From the NCBI GenBank assembly GCA_049657765.1, contig JBASOA010000039.1:1-36827 (forward strand): 36,827 bases of DNA, given 5' to 3'. The notes under the pieces are model-generated. The model ran no database searches. It was not told the origin of the DNA and saw only the letters and a program-made list of their open reading frames with translations. Shown here in pieces: positions 1 to 7,878 of this stretch (positions are counted from its first letter, which is position 1; each line of letters begins with the position of its first letter). The DNA is from Clostridiaceae bacterium. Its GTDB lineage: Bacteria; Bacillota; Clostridia; Clostridiales; Clostridiaceae. The position numbers were made by a program, and so were the translations under genes.

Positions 1-383
1 AGAGACTTTCTAATCGTAGAGAGAATTATACGAATCAGGTGGTCAATCAAATTGTAAGGCAAGAACCAAGCTATATCACAATTGAAGACCTGAACATCAG
101 TGGGATGATGAAGAATAGGCATTTATCCAAGGCTATACAGAAACAAAACTTTTATTCTTTTCGATTAAAACTTACGAATAAATGTAAGCAGAATGGAATA
201 GAATTGAGGATTGTTGATCGGTGGTATCCCTCCAGTAAAACATGTTCAATGTGTGGTTCTATCAAAAAGGATTTAAAATTATCGGATAGGGCGTATGTTT
301 GCAGTGAATGTGGTGGTGCAATTGATCGGGATAAAAACGCGAGTATAAACCTTGCAAATGCAAAAGTCTACAAAGTAGCATAA
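1..383 (+). CDS. tnpB: IS200/IS605-family transposase accessory protein TnpB (OrfB), C-terminal part only. It is 5'-truncated by the window edge, with an open frame from nt 3.
   Basis: Frame is open from nt 3 (RLSNRRENYTNQVVNQIV...). Motifs IEDLNISGM (RuvC-II-like), the CxxC..CxxC zinc finger CSMCGS...CSECGG, and RuvC-III DRDKNASINLA are present. Stop at 381-383. Confidence 0.8.
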   Translation, partial: RLSNRRENYTNQVVNQIVRQEPSYITIEDLNISGMMKNRHLSKAIQKQNFYSFRLKLTNKCKQNGIELRIVDRWYPSSKTCSMCGSIKKDLKLSDRAYVCSECGGAIDRDKNASINLANAKVYKVA

Positions 384-549
384 ACAAGCTCATGTAGAGG
401 TGTACCGATGGCTAGTCGGGAATTTACGACTGTGGACTGTACAAGAACTTGCGAGTAGTGATTCAAGCAATTGACACGAAAGCATACAGGAAGAAGCAGG
501 AACCATCTCGATATGGATATAGTTGCCCATATTTTGAGTAGCAGGACAT
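1..549 (+). mobile_element. Partial IS200/IS605 (IS1341-like, tnpB-only) element: the tnpB 3' end plus a right-end region carrying short hairpins consistent with an omega-RNA scaffold. The right boundary is approximate.
   Basis: TnpB C-terminus followed by 166 bp of non-coding DNA with several 4-6-bp stem hairpins (CCGA/TCGG, CAAG/CTTG, ATATGG/CCATAT). The next gene starts at 550 with only a weak RBS. Confidence 0.55.
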
Positions 550-1380
550 ATGAATTTACCAATTGAAATCAATAAGATCATCCTGTTAAGTGATTTGGAT
601 GGAACATTACTCGATTCAAATAGCATCGCAACAGAAAAGAACAAAGAAGCCATTAAAAAGTTTGTAGAGCTTGGAGGAAATTTCGGTATTGCAACCGGGA
701 GAGGGCATCAGAATGCACTGGGATTCCTGGATGGTGTGATGATCAATACCCCAAGTATCGTTTATAATGGTTCAATGTTATATGACTTTGAACAGTCTGC
801 CCCTTCTTTAGTGAAAACTTTACCTTCCAAACACCTTATAGAATCAATTCTGTGGGTTATGGATTCCTATAAAGAAGTCATGGTGCAAATTTATGGGGCT
901 GATATGAGCTATATCGTGTCATCCAGAGAAAGTGTTGACGAAGAGATACTCATCTATCATCAGCCAGCGACGTTTATCAATCTCGATAACATCCTGAAAG
1001 AAGATTGGGTTAAAATTCTAATTTCGGGAAAACATGATGATCTTGTTGAGCTTGAAAAGCACCTTGAAGCCAGCCACCTGAAAGACAAGGTAAGATGGGT
1101 ATTTTCATCGGAAATCTTCCTTGAAATCCTTCCTGTTGATGTATCTAAAGGAACAATGCTTCATGAGCTAAGAAAAATCTATAGTGCCGATCATAAAATC
1201 ATAGCCATAGGTGATTTCTATAATGATATAGAAATGATCCAGGAAGCGGATTGCGGAATCGCGACTTCTAATGCACCTGAAGCGATTAAAAACCTTTCTA
1301 ATCGGGTAACAGTCTCCAACGATGAGAGTGCAGTTGCTGAAGTCATTGAGGATATCCTGGCAAACCGAATATTTAGTTAA
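550..1380 (+). CDS. HAD-superfamily hydrolase, Cof-like subfamily IIB (sugar-phosphate phosphatase)
   Basis: LLSDLDGTLLD motif I, IAIGDFYNDIEMI motif IV, IATSNA; typical length 276 aa. Confidence 0.85.
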   Translation: MNLPIEINKIILLSDLDGTLLDSNSIATEKNKEAIKKFVELGGNFGIATGRGHQNALGFLDGVMINTPSIVYNGSMLYDFEQSAPSLVKTLPSKHLIESILWVMDSYKEVMVQIYGADMSYIVSSRESVDEEILIYHQPATFINLDNILKEDWVKILISGKHDDLVELEKHLEASHLKDKVRWVFSSEIFLEILPVDVSKGTMLHELRKIYSADHKIIAIGDFYNDIEMIQEADCGIATSNAPEAIKNLSNRVTVSNDESAVAEVIEDILANRIFS

Positions 1381-1670
1381 GAGATTCTGCTCATAATCAA
1401 GATGAATATCAGAGAAACAAGGATACAAAATGATTAAGGATACACTGGAAATAAGATTTTTTAGATTGTATCGATATGATGAAATTTTAGAACAACGTAG
1501 ACACTTTGAAGTAAAGTCATTTATTTCGTTTATATGTTGCGATAATGGCGATGAATTTCCGCGAAATATCAAAAGAGATTACATAATAATAATTATATTT
1601 CTAAGATTATTGTAATCAACGCAAAATTAATGTTAAAGTCAATTAACCATAAGAAATAGATTAGTTTAAT

Positions 1671-1712
1671 AAAGATCTCTTTGAACGCATTCAATTCAAA
1701 GGGATCTTTATT
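1671..1712. terminator. Hairpin (15-bp stem AAAGATCTCTTTGAA/TTCAAAGGGATCTTT, one mismatch) with weak flanking T/A tracts. Possible bidirectional terminator.
   Basis: Inverted repeat read directly; no strong U-tract. Confidence 0.3.
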
Positions 1713-1902
1713 TCGAGAATTATTATTGATTAACACCCTATTAATGCTGGTATATCTGATTACACTAAAAATCGAAAATAGGAATGAAGATTTGGCAGTT
1801 TTAGGTAATAATCTCATCAAATGAATGAAATGCAAGTGATATCAGGTGATTTCATGTTGAAATTCAATCGTTTGGCAGGTCCAAATTCCGTGGGCTTACT
1901 GG

Positions 1903-1931
1903 TTTACTTAAAATACAATATGTAGTATGAT
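1903..1931 (+). promoter_or_regulatory. Candidate sigmaA promoter TTTACT-17-TATGAT for the ATP-cone gene
   Basis: Hexamers at 1903-1908 and 1926-1931. Confidence 0.4.
1913..1928. promoter_or_regulatory. NrdR box 1 (ATACAATATGTAGTAT)
   Basis: 16-bp near-palindrome matching the NrdR-box consensus acaCwAtATaTwGtgt. It lies 31 bp centre-to-centre from box 2. Confidence 0.6.
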
Positions 1932-1943
1932 TAGAACAATGGA

Positions 1944-1959
1944 ACACAATATATTGTGT
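1944..1959. promoter_or_regulatory. NrdR box 2 (ACACAATATATTGTGT, perfect 16-bp palindrome)
   Basis: Perfect palindrome matching the NrdR-box consensus, 18 bp upstream of the ATP-cone start codon. Confidence 0.7.
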
Positions 1960-1976
1960 GAGGGCTGAGGGATGAA

Positions 1977-2258
1977 ATGAAATCAAATGATATTATAGTA
2001 GTGAAGAGAAAAAGAATTATGGAAGCGCTAATTCCAGACAAAATACATCGTTCAATAGGAAGAGCGTTTATTGATATGAACCTAGAAGTCTCAGAAGAAC
2101 GATTGGATATGCTGACAGAAGAAGTTCTAAAAAAACTGGAAGCTGTTGGGACTGAGTTATATACCGAAAACATACATCATCTTGTTATGGATACGCTTGA
2201 AGAAAATGGATACGACTCCGTATCCAACGCCTATGGATTGTATCAGGCTAACAAGTAG
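1977..2258 (+). CDS. Standalone ATP-cone domain protein (93 aa)
   Basis: VVKRKRIMEALIPDKIHRSIGRAF...GYDSVSNAYGLYQ matches the ATP-cone pattern (VIKRdG..E.F...KI..SI..A ... Y..YR). The stop is followed by a strong terminator. Confidence 0.75.
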   Translation: MKSNDIIVVKRKRIMEALIPDKIHRSIGRAFIDMNLEVSEERLDMLTEEVLKKLEAVGTELYTENIHHLVMDTLEENGYDSVSNAYGLYQANK

Positions 2259-2354
2259 AATTCATCTGAGTATTTCATGTGAGACATGGATTGAAAATGA
2301 TTATGAGCTCAAATGATGAGTAAAATTTAGCTGCGAGATGAATGATCGCAAAAA

Positions 2355-2403
2355 TAAAGAGAATGGCCACCTGTTTCTATAGGTGGCCATTCTCTTTGTT
2401 TTT
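2355..2403. terminator. Bidirectional rho-independent terminator (AAAGAGAATGGCCACC / GGTGGCCATTCTCTTT) with T-tracts on both strands
   Basis: 16-bp perfect stem, 10-nt loop, followed by GTTTTTG on the plus strand and TATTTTT on the minus strand. Confidence 0.85.
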
Positions 2404-2443
2404 GTAGACTTATGCGATTAGCTTTTGCTTTCTCATGTCTGTC

Positions 2444-3013
2444 TTATAATAAAGGAATTTCCTTTGTCAGCCTTTTTCCAAGGAAAGCTGCAAATACGCA
2501 CCAAAGGGTATCCCCTGGGATAAAGACTAAAGCGCCGAATTTAATTGCTTTAGCAAGGCTTATTGGGGCATTGCCCATAATTAGATTCTTCAAAATATAG
2601 AGGTAACCTGCACCCATGGTGTAAATCACAATCAGTCCTAAAAATGAGATTAAAAAGAGTTTTATAACCGTGATAGTCTTTAACTTTTCCCTCAGAGCAC
2701 CAATGATGTAGGAAGCCAGGATAAAGCCAGCAAGGTATCCAAAAGTTGGAGTAAAGATATATCCAATACCGCCGCCGCCAGTGAACACGGGAAGCCCTAG
2801 CAACCCTAGAAGGACATAAATCAGTTGAGAATAAACTGCCTTTCTTCCTAGAATAATTCCGGACAGTACAACGAAAACTGTCTGCATAGAAATCGGTACA
2901 GGTCCTATAGGGATTTTAATGAAGGCTCCAACTGCTGTAAGTACTGAAAATATTGGAATAATGGCCATATCTCTTGTGCTGAATTTTCTTTTTAAAGTTA
3001 ATTTTTGTTCCAT
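2444..3013 (-). CDS. bioY: Biotin transporter BioY (ECF S-component)
   Basis: 189-aa multi-TM protein with the glycine-rich TGGGGIGYIFTPTFGYLAGF region typical of BioY. Immediately downstream of birA. Confidence 0.85.
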   Translation of the reverse strand: MEQKLTLKRKFSTRDMAIIPIFSVLTAVGAFIKIPIGPVPISMQTVFVVLSGIILGRKAVYSQLIYVLLGLLGLPVFTGGGGIGYIFTPTFGYLAGFILASYIIGALREKLKTITVIKLFLISFLGLIVIYTMGAGYLYILKNLIMGNAPISLAKAIKFGALVFIPGDTLWCVFAAFLGKRLTKEIPLL

Positions 3014-3042
3014 ATTACGCTCCTAACGATATGATTATATTT

Positions 3043-4011
3043 TTACGATATTTTTCTGATGCTGATTTCACCGGAATTTTGAGTGATGAGTTTGCCATCT
3101 CTTTCGATGATCAGATGACCTTGATCATTGATTCCTCTTAATATTCCATTGAAAGTTTCATTTCCTCTCGAAACTACAATTTCCTGATCAAGATAAAGCA
3201 TCTTTTCCCGATATGCTTCAATGAGTGCCTTAGGGGATTTTTTGGTCATGAGAAGATAGCCTTCCAATGAATCAAGAATCCTCGCGATAATTTCATTTCT
3301 AATATATTTTCTTTTTGTAAGAATCGATAGGGAAGAAGCAATATCTTTGATTTCTTCCGGAAAAGATTCAGTGTTTACATTAATGCCTATCCCGATGATG
3401 AAATACTCAAGACTTCCAGTCTCAAATTCCATGGAACCTTCAGTGAGAATTCCAGATAATTTTTTCCCTTGAAAATAGATGTCATTCACCCATTTGATTC
3501 TCGTTTCAATTCCTGCAATGCGGTCTAATACTTCAGATATACAGAGTGCTGCAGCAATCGTAATGAGCGACATATCATACTGTTCGAGGTTTTCTTTTTT
3601 CAAGAGGGACATATAGATCCCGCTTTTATCTTCTGAGTAGAAATTTTTACCTAGTCGTCCACGTCCGCCACTTTGCGATTTTGCCACGACCAAGGTATTA
3701 TTTTTAAAGTCTGTAGATTTATTTTCCTTGAGATAAGTGTTCGTCGAAGGCAGCTCATCTTTTATGATGATACTAAAATCCTTGTTCTTCAGGTAAAGTT
3801 TTATTTCACTCTCCGATAGGGAATCACTTTCATGAAGTAGTCGATATCCCTTGTTCTTTACAGATTCAATAAGATAGCCTTCCTCCCTTAAAGCATTTAT
3901 TCCTTTCCATATCGAGTTTCTGGACAAGCCAAGTTCCTCGGATAAGGTGATTCCAGAAATGATTTCGCCTCTATTTTGTTCAAGAATTTTTAGGATATTT
4001 TGTTTACTCAT
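3043..4011 (-). CDS. birA: Bifunctional biotin-[acetyl-CoA-carboxylase] ligase and biotin operon repressor BirA
   Basis: N-terminal HTH, GGRGRLGKNFYS biotin-binding loop, 322 aa. Confidence 0.9.
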   Translation of the reverse strand: MSKQNILKILEQNRGEIISGITLSEELGLSRNSIWKGINALREEGYLIESVKNKGYRLLHESDSLSESEIKLYLKNKDFSIIIKDELPSTNTYLKENKSTDFKNNTLVVAKSQSGGRGRLGKNFYSEDKSGIYMSLLKKENLEQYDMSLITIAAALCISEVLDRIAGIETRIKWVNDIYFQGKKLSGILTEGSMEFETGSLEYFIIGIGINVNTESFPEEIKDIASSLSILTKRKYIRNEIIARILDSLEGYLLMTKKSPKALIEAYREKMLYLDQEIVVSRGNETFNGILRGINDQGHLIIERDGKLITQNSGEISIRKIS

Positions 4012-4094
4012 GGGTACCCCTCAATTTTTAGCGCTGGACTTAAAGGATTAATTCAAATAAATAAATTCGGTTTGTTTTATTATTCTATAGATTA

Positions 4095-4106
4095 ACATCG
4101 ATGTTT
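4095..4106. promoter_or_regulatory. Perfect 12-bp palindrome AACATCGATGTT just downstream of the birA -10. Candidate repressor operator, possibly BirA.
   Basis: Self-complementary sequence. Its position, +5 to +17 relative to the predicted minus-strand start site, is typical of a repressor site. Confidence 0.35.
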
Positions 4107-4114
4107 ACTTGAAT

Positions 4115-4144
4115 AGTATAATCGCAGTTGAAACTTGAGTCAAC
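4115..4144 (-). promoter_or_regulatory. birA-bioY promoter on the minus strand: TTGACT-17-TATACT
   Basis: Reverse complement of 4139-4144 is TTGACT and of 4115-4120 is TATACT, with a 17-nt spacer. Confidence 0.55.
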
Positions 4145-4179
4145 CATTTTATTAAGTTAGGGTGACTCAAATAAAAGAT

Positions 4180-4208
4180 TTGACAAAATGTATTATTATT
4201 GTTATTAT
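4180..4208 (+). promoter_or_regulatory. Promoter TTGACA-17-TATTAT for the glutaredoxin-like gene
   Basis: Consensus -35 at 4180-4185, with a 17-nt spacer. Confidence 0.55.
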
Positions 4209-4251
4209 ACCCTTAGGGGGTATTCCTCTAATACTTAAAGCAGGTGAAGAA

Positions 4252-4485
4252 ATGCAAAATATAACAATTTATACGACACCAAGTTGTATTTGGTGTAAAA
4301 GAGCAAAAAGCTATCTTAATGAAAACCAGATTTCTTTCGAAGAAAAAGATGTCTCAGTAGATCGAGAAGCGGCCTATGCCATGATAAATAAATCAGGTCA
4401 GCGTGGCGTTCCAGTATTGGATATCGATGGAACCATCATCATTGGATTCGATCAGGTAAATATCGACAAACTATTAGGATTATAA
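4252..4485 (+). CDS. Glutaredoxin-like protein, YruB/NrdH-like small thioredoxin-fold protein (CIWC active site)
   Basis: MQNITIYTTPSCIWCKRAK...SGQRGVPVL...GFD. RBS AGGTGAAG lies 7 nt upstream. The ORF track's longer N-terminus (from 4162) lacks an RBS. Confidence 0.8.
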   Translation: MQNITIYTTPSCIWCKRAKSYLNENQISFEEKDVSVDREAAYAMINKSGQRGVPVLDIDGTIIIGFDQVNIDKLLGL

Positions 4486-4509
4486 GAGAACAAATAAAAT
4501 GATTACTCA

Positions 4510-4575
4510 CACGATCAAAGCCTAGGCCCAATCAATTTCTGATTGGAAATGGCCTTGATCGTGTTTTTTGTTTGC
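4510..4575 (+). terminator. Rho-independent terminator with nested stems (CACGATCAAAGCC...GGCCTTGATCGTG outer; CCAATCA/TGATTGG inner) followed by TTTTTTG
   Basis: Read directly. Confidence 0.6.
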
Positions 4576-4786
4576 TCTATTCAAACGAACTTGGTGATTT
4601 GTGCATAAAATAATGCATAAACTATAAAAAAACGAATATTCCTTCTTGCTCCGGAGCGGAAGTGGTGTAGAATAATAATAAAATCTCATCTGTAAACGAT
4701 TATGGTTTGATGATTTTGAGGTGTAAGCCCTTATAAGATATCCATGAATTAAAATCCACTGAAATGTATATTTATTTTATGTACTA

Positions 4787-4795
4787 TGTTATAAT
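4787..4795 (+). promoter_or_regulatory. Extended -10 promoter TGtTATAAT. The motif TATGTTATAATCA is shared with the promoter at 6921-6933.
   Basis: Read directly; about 320 nt upstream of the permease start. Confidence 0.4.
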
Positions 4796-5113
4796 CATTC
4801 GTGTCGCAAACCGATAAAGTGAAAAAGCGTGAAGATTACCTCGATTGAAAAGTGGAACAAAGGATTGAATACCAAAGATAATGATGCCATTGGATTTATC
4901 ATAAATCTATGGATAGAAAGACAGAAAATATAATCCTTTTAGCAGAGCTAACTTTTAATTTTCTTGGTAGGATGAAACTGTGTATAATCTTAAAATTAGC
5001 AGGTGGCCCTAAGAATCTTTGAAAGCGACAATAGAGATAACAACTTGAATATCGATCTGGCATTAATGCCGTGAAATAGAAATAAAATATTTAATCAGAA
5101 GGGAGATAGATCG

Positions 5114-5773
5114 TTGATAACATATGAACAATTTCTTGCCATTTTGGAGGGTACAAGGATTACTTTATCCATAGCGGCCGTTTCCATCGTTTTCGGAATT
5201 ATGCTGGGCGTAGTCATCGCATTGTGTAAAATTGCTAGAAACAAGGTGCTCAATGGGTTAGCTTGGTTTTATGTATGGGTGTTCCGTGGAACGCCAATGT
5301 TGATGCAACTTTTTGTTTTTTATTATGCACTTCCTATGTTTACAGCTGACGTGTTCGGCGTAACCTTAAGACTTCCAGGATTTGTAGCAGCATGCATCGC
5401 ATTTTCTTTAAACTCGGCAGCATATTTGGCGGAAATCTTCAGGGGAGCAATTCAAAGCATCGACAAGGGACAAATGGAAGCATCCAAAGCCCTTGGAATG
5501 ACTTATAATCAGGCGATGTTTAAGATTATTATTCCTCAAAGTTATCGAAGACTGATTCCACCTGTTGGAAATGAACTCATTACTTTACTCAAGGATACGT
5601 CTCTTGTAGCATCTATTGCGATATTTGACCTTCTTAGAACCGTAACTTCCATGAATAACGCTTCTGGAAAGTGGCATTATTTCCTCTACGCCGGAGCCAT
5701 CTATCTGATTTTTACATCGATAATCCAGTTGGTCTTCGATAGATTGGAAAAGAAATATTCCGCGTATGAATAG
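5114..5773 (+). CDS. Polar amino-acid ABC transporter permease (HisM/GlnP family), TTG start
   Basis: EAA-like region KALGMTYNQAMFKIIIPQSYRRLIPPVGNE; 219 aa, about 5 TM segments; RBS GAAGGGAG. Confidence 0.85.
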   Translation: MITYEQFLAILEGTRITLSIAAVSIVFGIMLGVVIALCKIARNKVLNGLAWFYVWVFRGTPMLMQLFVFYYALPMFTADVFGVTLRLPGFVAACIAFSLNSAAYLAEIFRGAIQSIDKGQMEASKALGMTYNQAMFKIIIPQSYRRLIPPVGNELITLLKDTSLVASIAIFDLLRTVTSMNNASGKWHYFLYAGAIYLIFTSIIQLVFDRLEKKYSAYE

Positions 5774-5785
5774 GGAGGATAGAGA

Positions 5786-6541
5786 ATGATAAAATTAGAG
5801 AATTTATATAAGTCCTTTGACGAACTGGAAGTTCTTAAGGGAATCAACCTTGAAGTCAGTGCAGGAGAAGTGGTTTGTATCATCGGACCTTCAGGATCCG
5901 GAAAAAGCACTATGCTAAGATGTATGAATCAGCTTGAGACAGTAACTTCAGGTAAGATATACATTGAAAATGTTCTGGTTAGCCATATTGAAGAAGGCAA
6001 AGACATGCTTAAGTTTACTGAAAAGGAAGCTTCAAAGCTGAGGACCAATCTTGGAATGGTCTTTCAGAGATTCAATCTTTTTCCACATCTTACCGTGCTG
6101 GAGAACCTTACCATAGCCCCTAAGCTCGTCAAGAACGAGAATGTGGAAGACACGAAGAAGAATGCATTGCAACTTCTTGGACGCGTTGGGTTAAGTGATA
6201 AGAAGGATGAATACCCTTCTAAGCTTTCTGGTGGACAGCAACAAAGAGTTGCCATCGCCAGAGCACTTGCCATGAATCCTAAGATCATGCTTTTCGACGA
6301 ACCGACATCTGCCTTAGATCCTGAACTCGTTGGTGAAGTTCTTGAGGTCATGAAAAAGCTTGCTGATGAAGGCATGACCATGGTTGTTGTAACACACGAA
6401 ATGGGATTTGCAAGAGAAGTCGGAACTAGAGTGATCTTCATGGATGAAGGCCAAATTATTGAAGAAGGAACTCCTGAAGAGATCTTTGATCATCCACAGA
6501 TGGATAGGACCAAATCTTTTCTGAATAAAATTCTAAAATAG
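5786..6541 (+). CDS. Polar amino-acid ABC transporter ATP-binding protein (GlnQ-like)
   Basis: Walker [10 protein letters not shown], signature LSGGQQQRV, Walker [14 protein letters not shown]-loop VTHEMGFA. Confidence 0.9.
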   Translation: MIKLENLYKSFDELEVLKGINLEVSAGEVVCIIGPSGSGKSTMLRCMNQLETVTSGKIYIENVLVSHIEEGKDMLKFTEKEASKLRTNLGMVFQRFNLFPHLTVLENLTIAPKLVKNENVEDTKKNALQLLGRVGLSDKKDEYPSKLSGGQQQRVAIARALAMNPKIMLFDEPTSALDPELVGEVLEVMKKLADEGMTMVVVTHEMGFAREVGTRVIFMDEGQIIEEGTPEEIFDHPQMDRTKSFLNKILK

Positions 6542-6922
6542 GATGTTGAGACTACTCCTATTTTGAGTGATACTAATTTTAAATGATTAAAGAGATTTAC
6601 GATTCGTTAAGGTTAAGGGCTGGAATGGGGATTTCTCCATCCGGCCCTTCCTGACGCCATGGACCAGGCAAGAAACAAATAGTCTGCATAATTCATGAGT
6701 AATCATGGAAGACCTCATCGTGTTATTGATGAAGGAGTTTTGAGATTTACAAGAATTATCTGATTAATCGGCTAAAGGAAACGTTACAAAGGCTTGAGGC
6801 GGTTGTCTATTATGAAAACACCCTCTGAAAACGGTTATCGGTTAAGAGATGCGAAAATTTTGTCTGCCATTCAATAAATATGCACAATAATTAATAATTA
6901 TGCTATACAATTTTCGAGAATA

Positions 6923-6931
6923 TGTTATAAT
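6923..6931 (+). promoter_or_regulatory. Extended -10 promoter TGtTATAAT for the substrate-binding protein gene
   Basis: Same TATGTTATAATCA module as at 4784-4796. Confidence 0.45.
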
Positions 6932-6975
6932 CAAAAAATAAAACTTTAAAAACTACAAAAAAAAGGGAGAAGATA

Positions 6976-7782
6976 ATGACGATGAAAAAGACAAAAAACA
7001 TCATGATCGCAATGCTCATGGCAAGCCTGATGATCCTTTCCGCTTGTGCCGAGAAGGCCACGAGTTCCAATGTATTAAAAATAGGAACTGACGATACTTA
7101 TCCACCATTTGAATATCGTAATGACGCTAATGAAATGGTAGGGTTTGAAATTGATCTTGCTAGAGAGATTGGGAAAAAACTTGGGATGGAAGTTGAATTT
7201 ACTTCATCAAACTGGACAGGAATATTCAATGGATTGAATTCAAAGAATTATGATGTGATTATGTCTGCTACAAGCATGACCAAGGAAAGGCTGGAGACTT
7301 ATATCTTCTCAAAGCCATATATGGTTAATGGACAAGTCATTGTTTCAAAGACTGGCGGCAAAATCATCCAAAGTCCAGAAGAACTTGCTGGACTTAAAGT
7401 TGGGGTTCAGCTGGAAACTACAGCAGATATCGCTGCGACAAAGTATCAGGAAGAGGTTGATTTTGAAATCACAAAGTATGATGATGTTATTCAGACTTTT
7501 ACTTCCATGAAGGCTGGTCATGTTGATGTTGTTGTTGCTGACTATGCTGTTGCCATCGATTATGCAAACAAGAACCCAGATGACTACACCATTACAGACG
7601 TTATGCTCACAAATGAGCCAATCGCTGTAACGATTAGAAAAGATGACACGGATTTAAAGGCTAAGATCGACACTGCGCTTGATGCCTTAAGAGAAGATGG
7701 TACACTGAAGGAACTTTCAATTAAGTGGCTTGGTGACGATTATACTTCCAATATCGATGAAACACTTAAAGGTGCTGAATAA
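6976..7782 (+). CDS. Amino-acid ABC transporter substrate-binding lipoprotein (SBP family 3)
   Basis: Signal peptide with lipobox LSAC, RBS AAGGGAGA at 5-nt spacing, SBP_bac_3-like sequence. Confidence 0.85.
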   Translation: MTMKKTKNIMIAMLMASLMILSACAEKATSSNVLKIGTDDTYPPFEYRNDANEMVGFEIDLAREIGKKLGMEVEFTSSNWTGIFNGLNSKNYDVIMSATSMTKERLETYIFSKPYMVNGQVIVSKTGGKIIQSPEELAGLKVGVQLETTADIAATKYQEEVDFEITKYDDVIQTFTSMKAGHVDVVVADYAVAIDYANKNPDDYTITDVMLTNEPIAVTIRKDDTDLKAKIDTALDALREDGTLKELSIKWLGDDYTSNIDETLKGAE

Positions 7783-7823
7783 TTAAGAGAACTGAAGAAG
7801 CGTAAGTCTTCTTCAAGACAATA

Positions 7824-7864
7824 AAATAGAGACAGAAGCATGAAGCTTCTGTCTCTATTTTATT
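7824..7864. terminator. Bidirectional terminator (AAATAGAGACAGAAGC / GCTTCTGTCTCTATTT)
   Basis: 16-bp perfect stem plus TTATT; sits between convergent genes. Confidence 0.85.
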
Positions 7865-7878
7865 GGAGTCTCATCGTC

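Noticed and set aside
368-653. Minus-strand ORFs 368-562 and 390-653 overlapping the IS right end and HAD start
   Set aside because: No RBS, low-complexity or hydrophobic composition, antisense to a structured IS end. Likely spurious.
1168-2173. ORFs 1168-1572(-), 1593-1835(-), 1931-2173(-)
   Set aside because: They lie antisense to the HAD gene or the ATP-cone gene and the NrdR boxes, have AT-rich codon composition and no RBS.
2412-2600. ORF 2412-2600(+), antisense within bioY
   Set aside because: Fully embedded in the well-supported bioY CDS on the other strand, and overlaps the terminator.
4162-4251. Longer N-terminus (MTQIKDLTKCIII…) for the glutaredoxin-like gene
   Set aside because: The upstream portion overlaps the -10 of the predicted promoter and has no RBS. 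The ATG at 4252 has a strong RBS and gives the canonical 78-aa size.
4995-5020. T-box-like string AATTAGCAGGTGGCCCTAAG upstream of the amino-acid ABC permease
   Set aside because: Lacks the conserved GGGTGGNACCGCG core and the downstream terminator/antiterminator pair with a U-tract. Resemblance is limited to AATTAG…GGTGG.
5701-6441. Minus-strand ORFs 5701-5910 and 6064-6441 inside the ABC permease/ATPase genes
   Set aside because: Antisense shadows of strongly supported CDSs.
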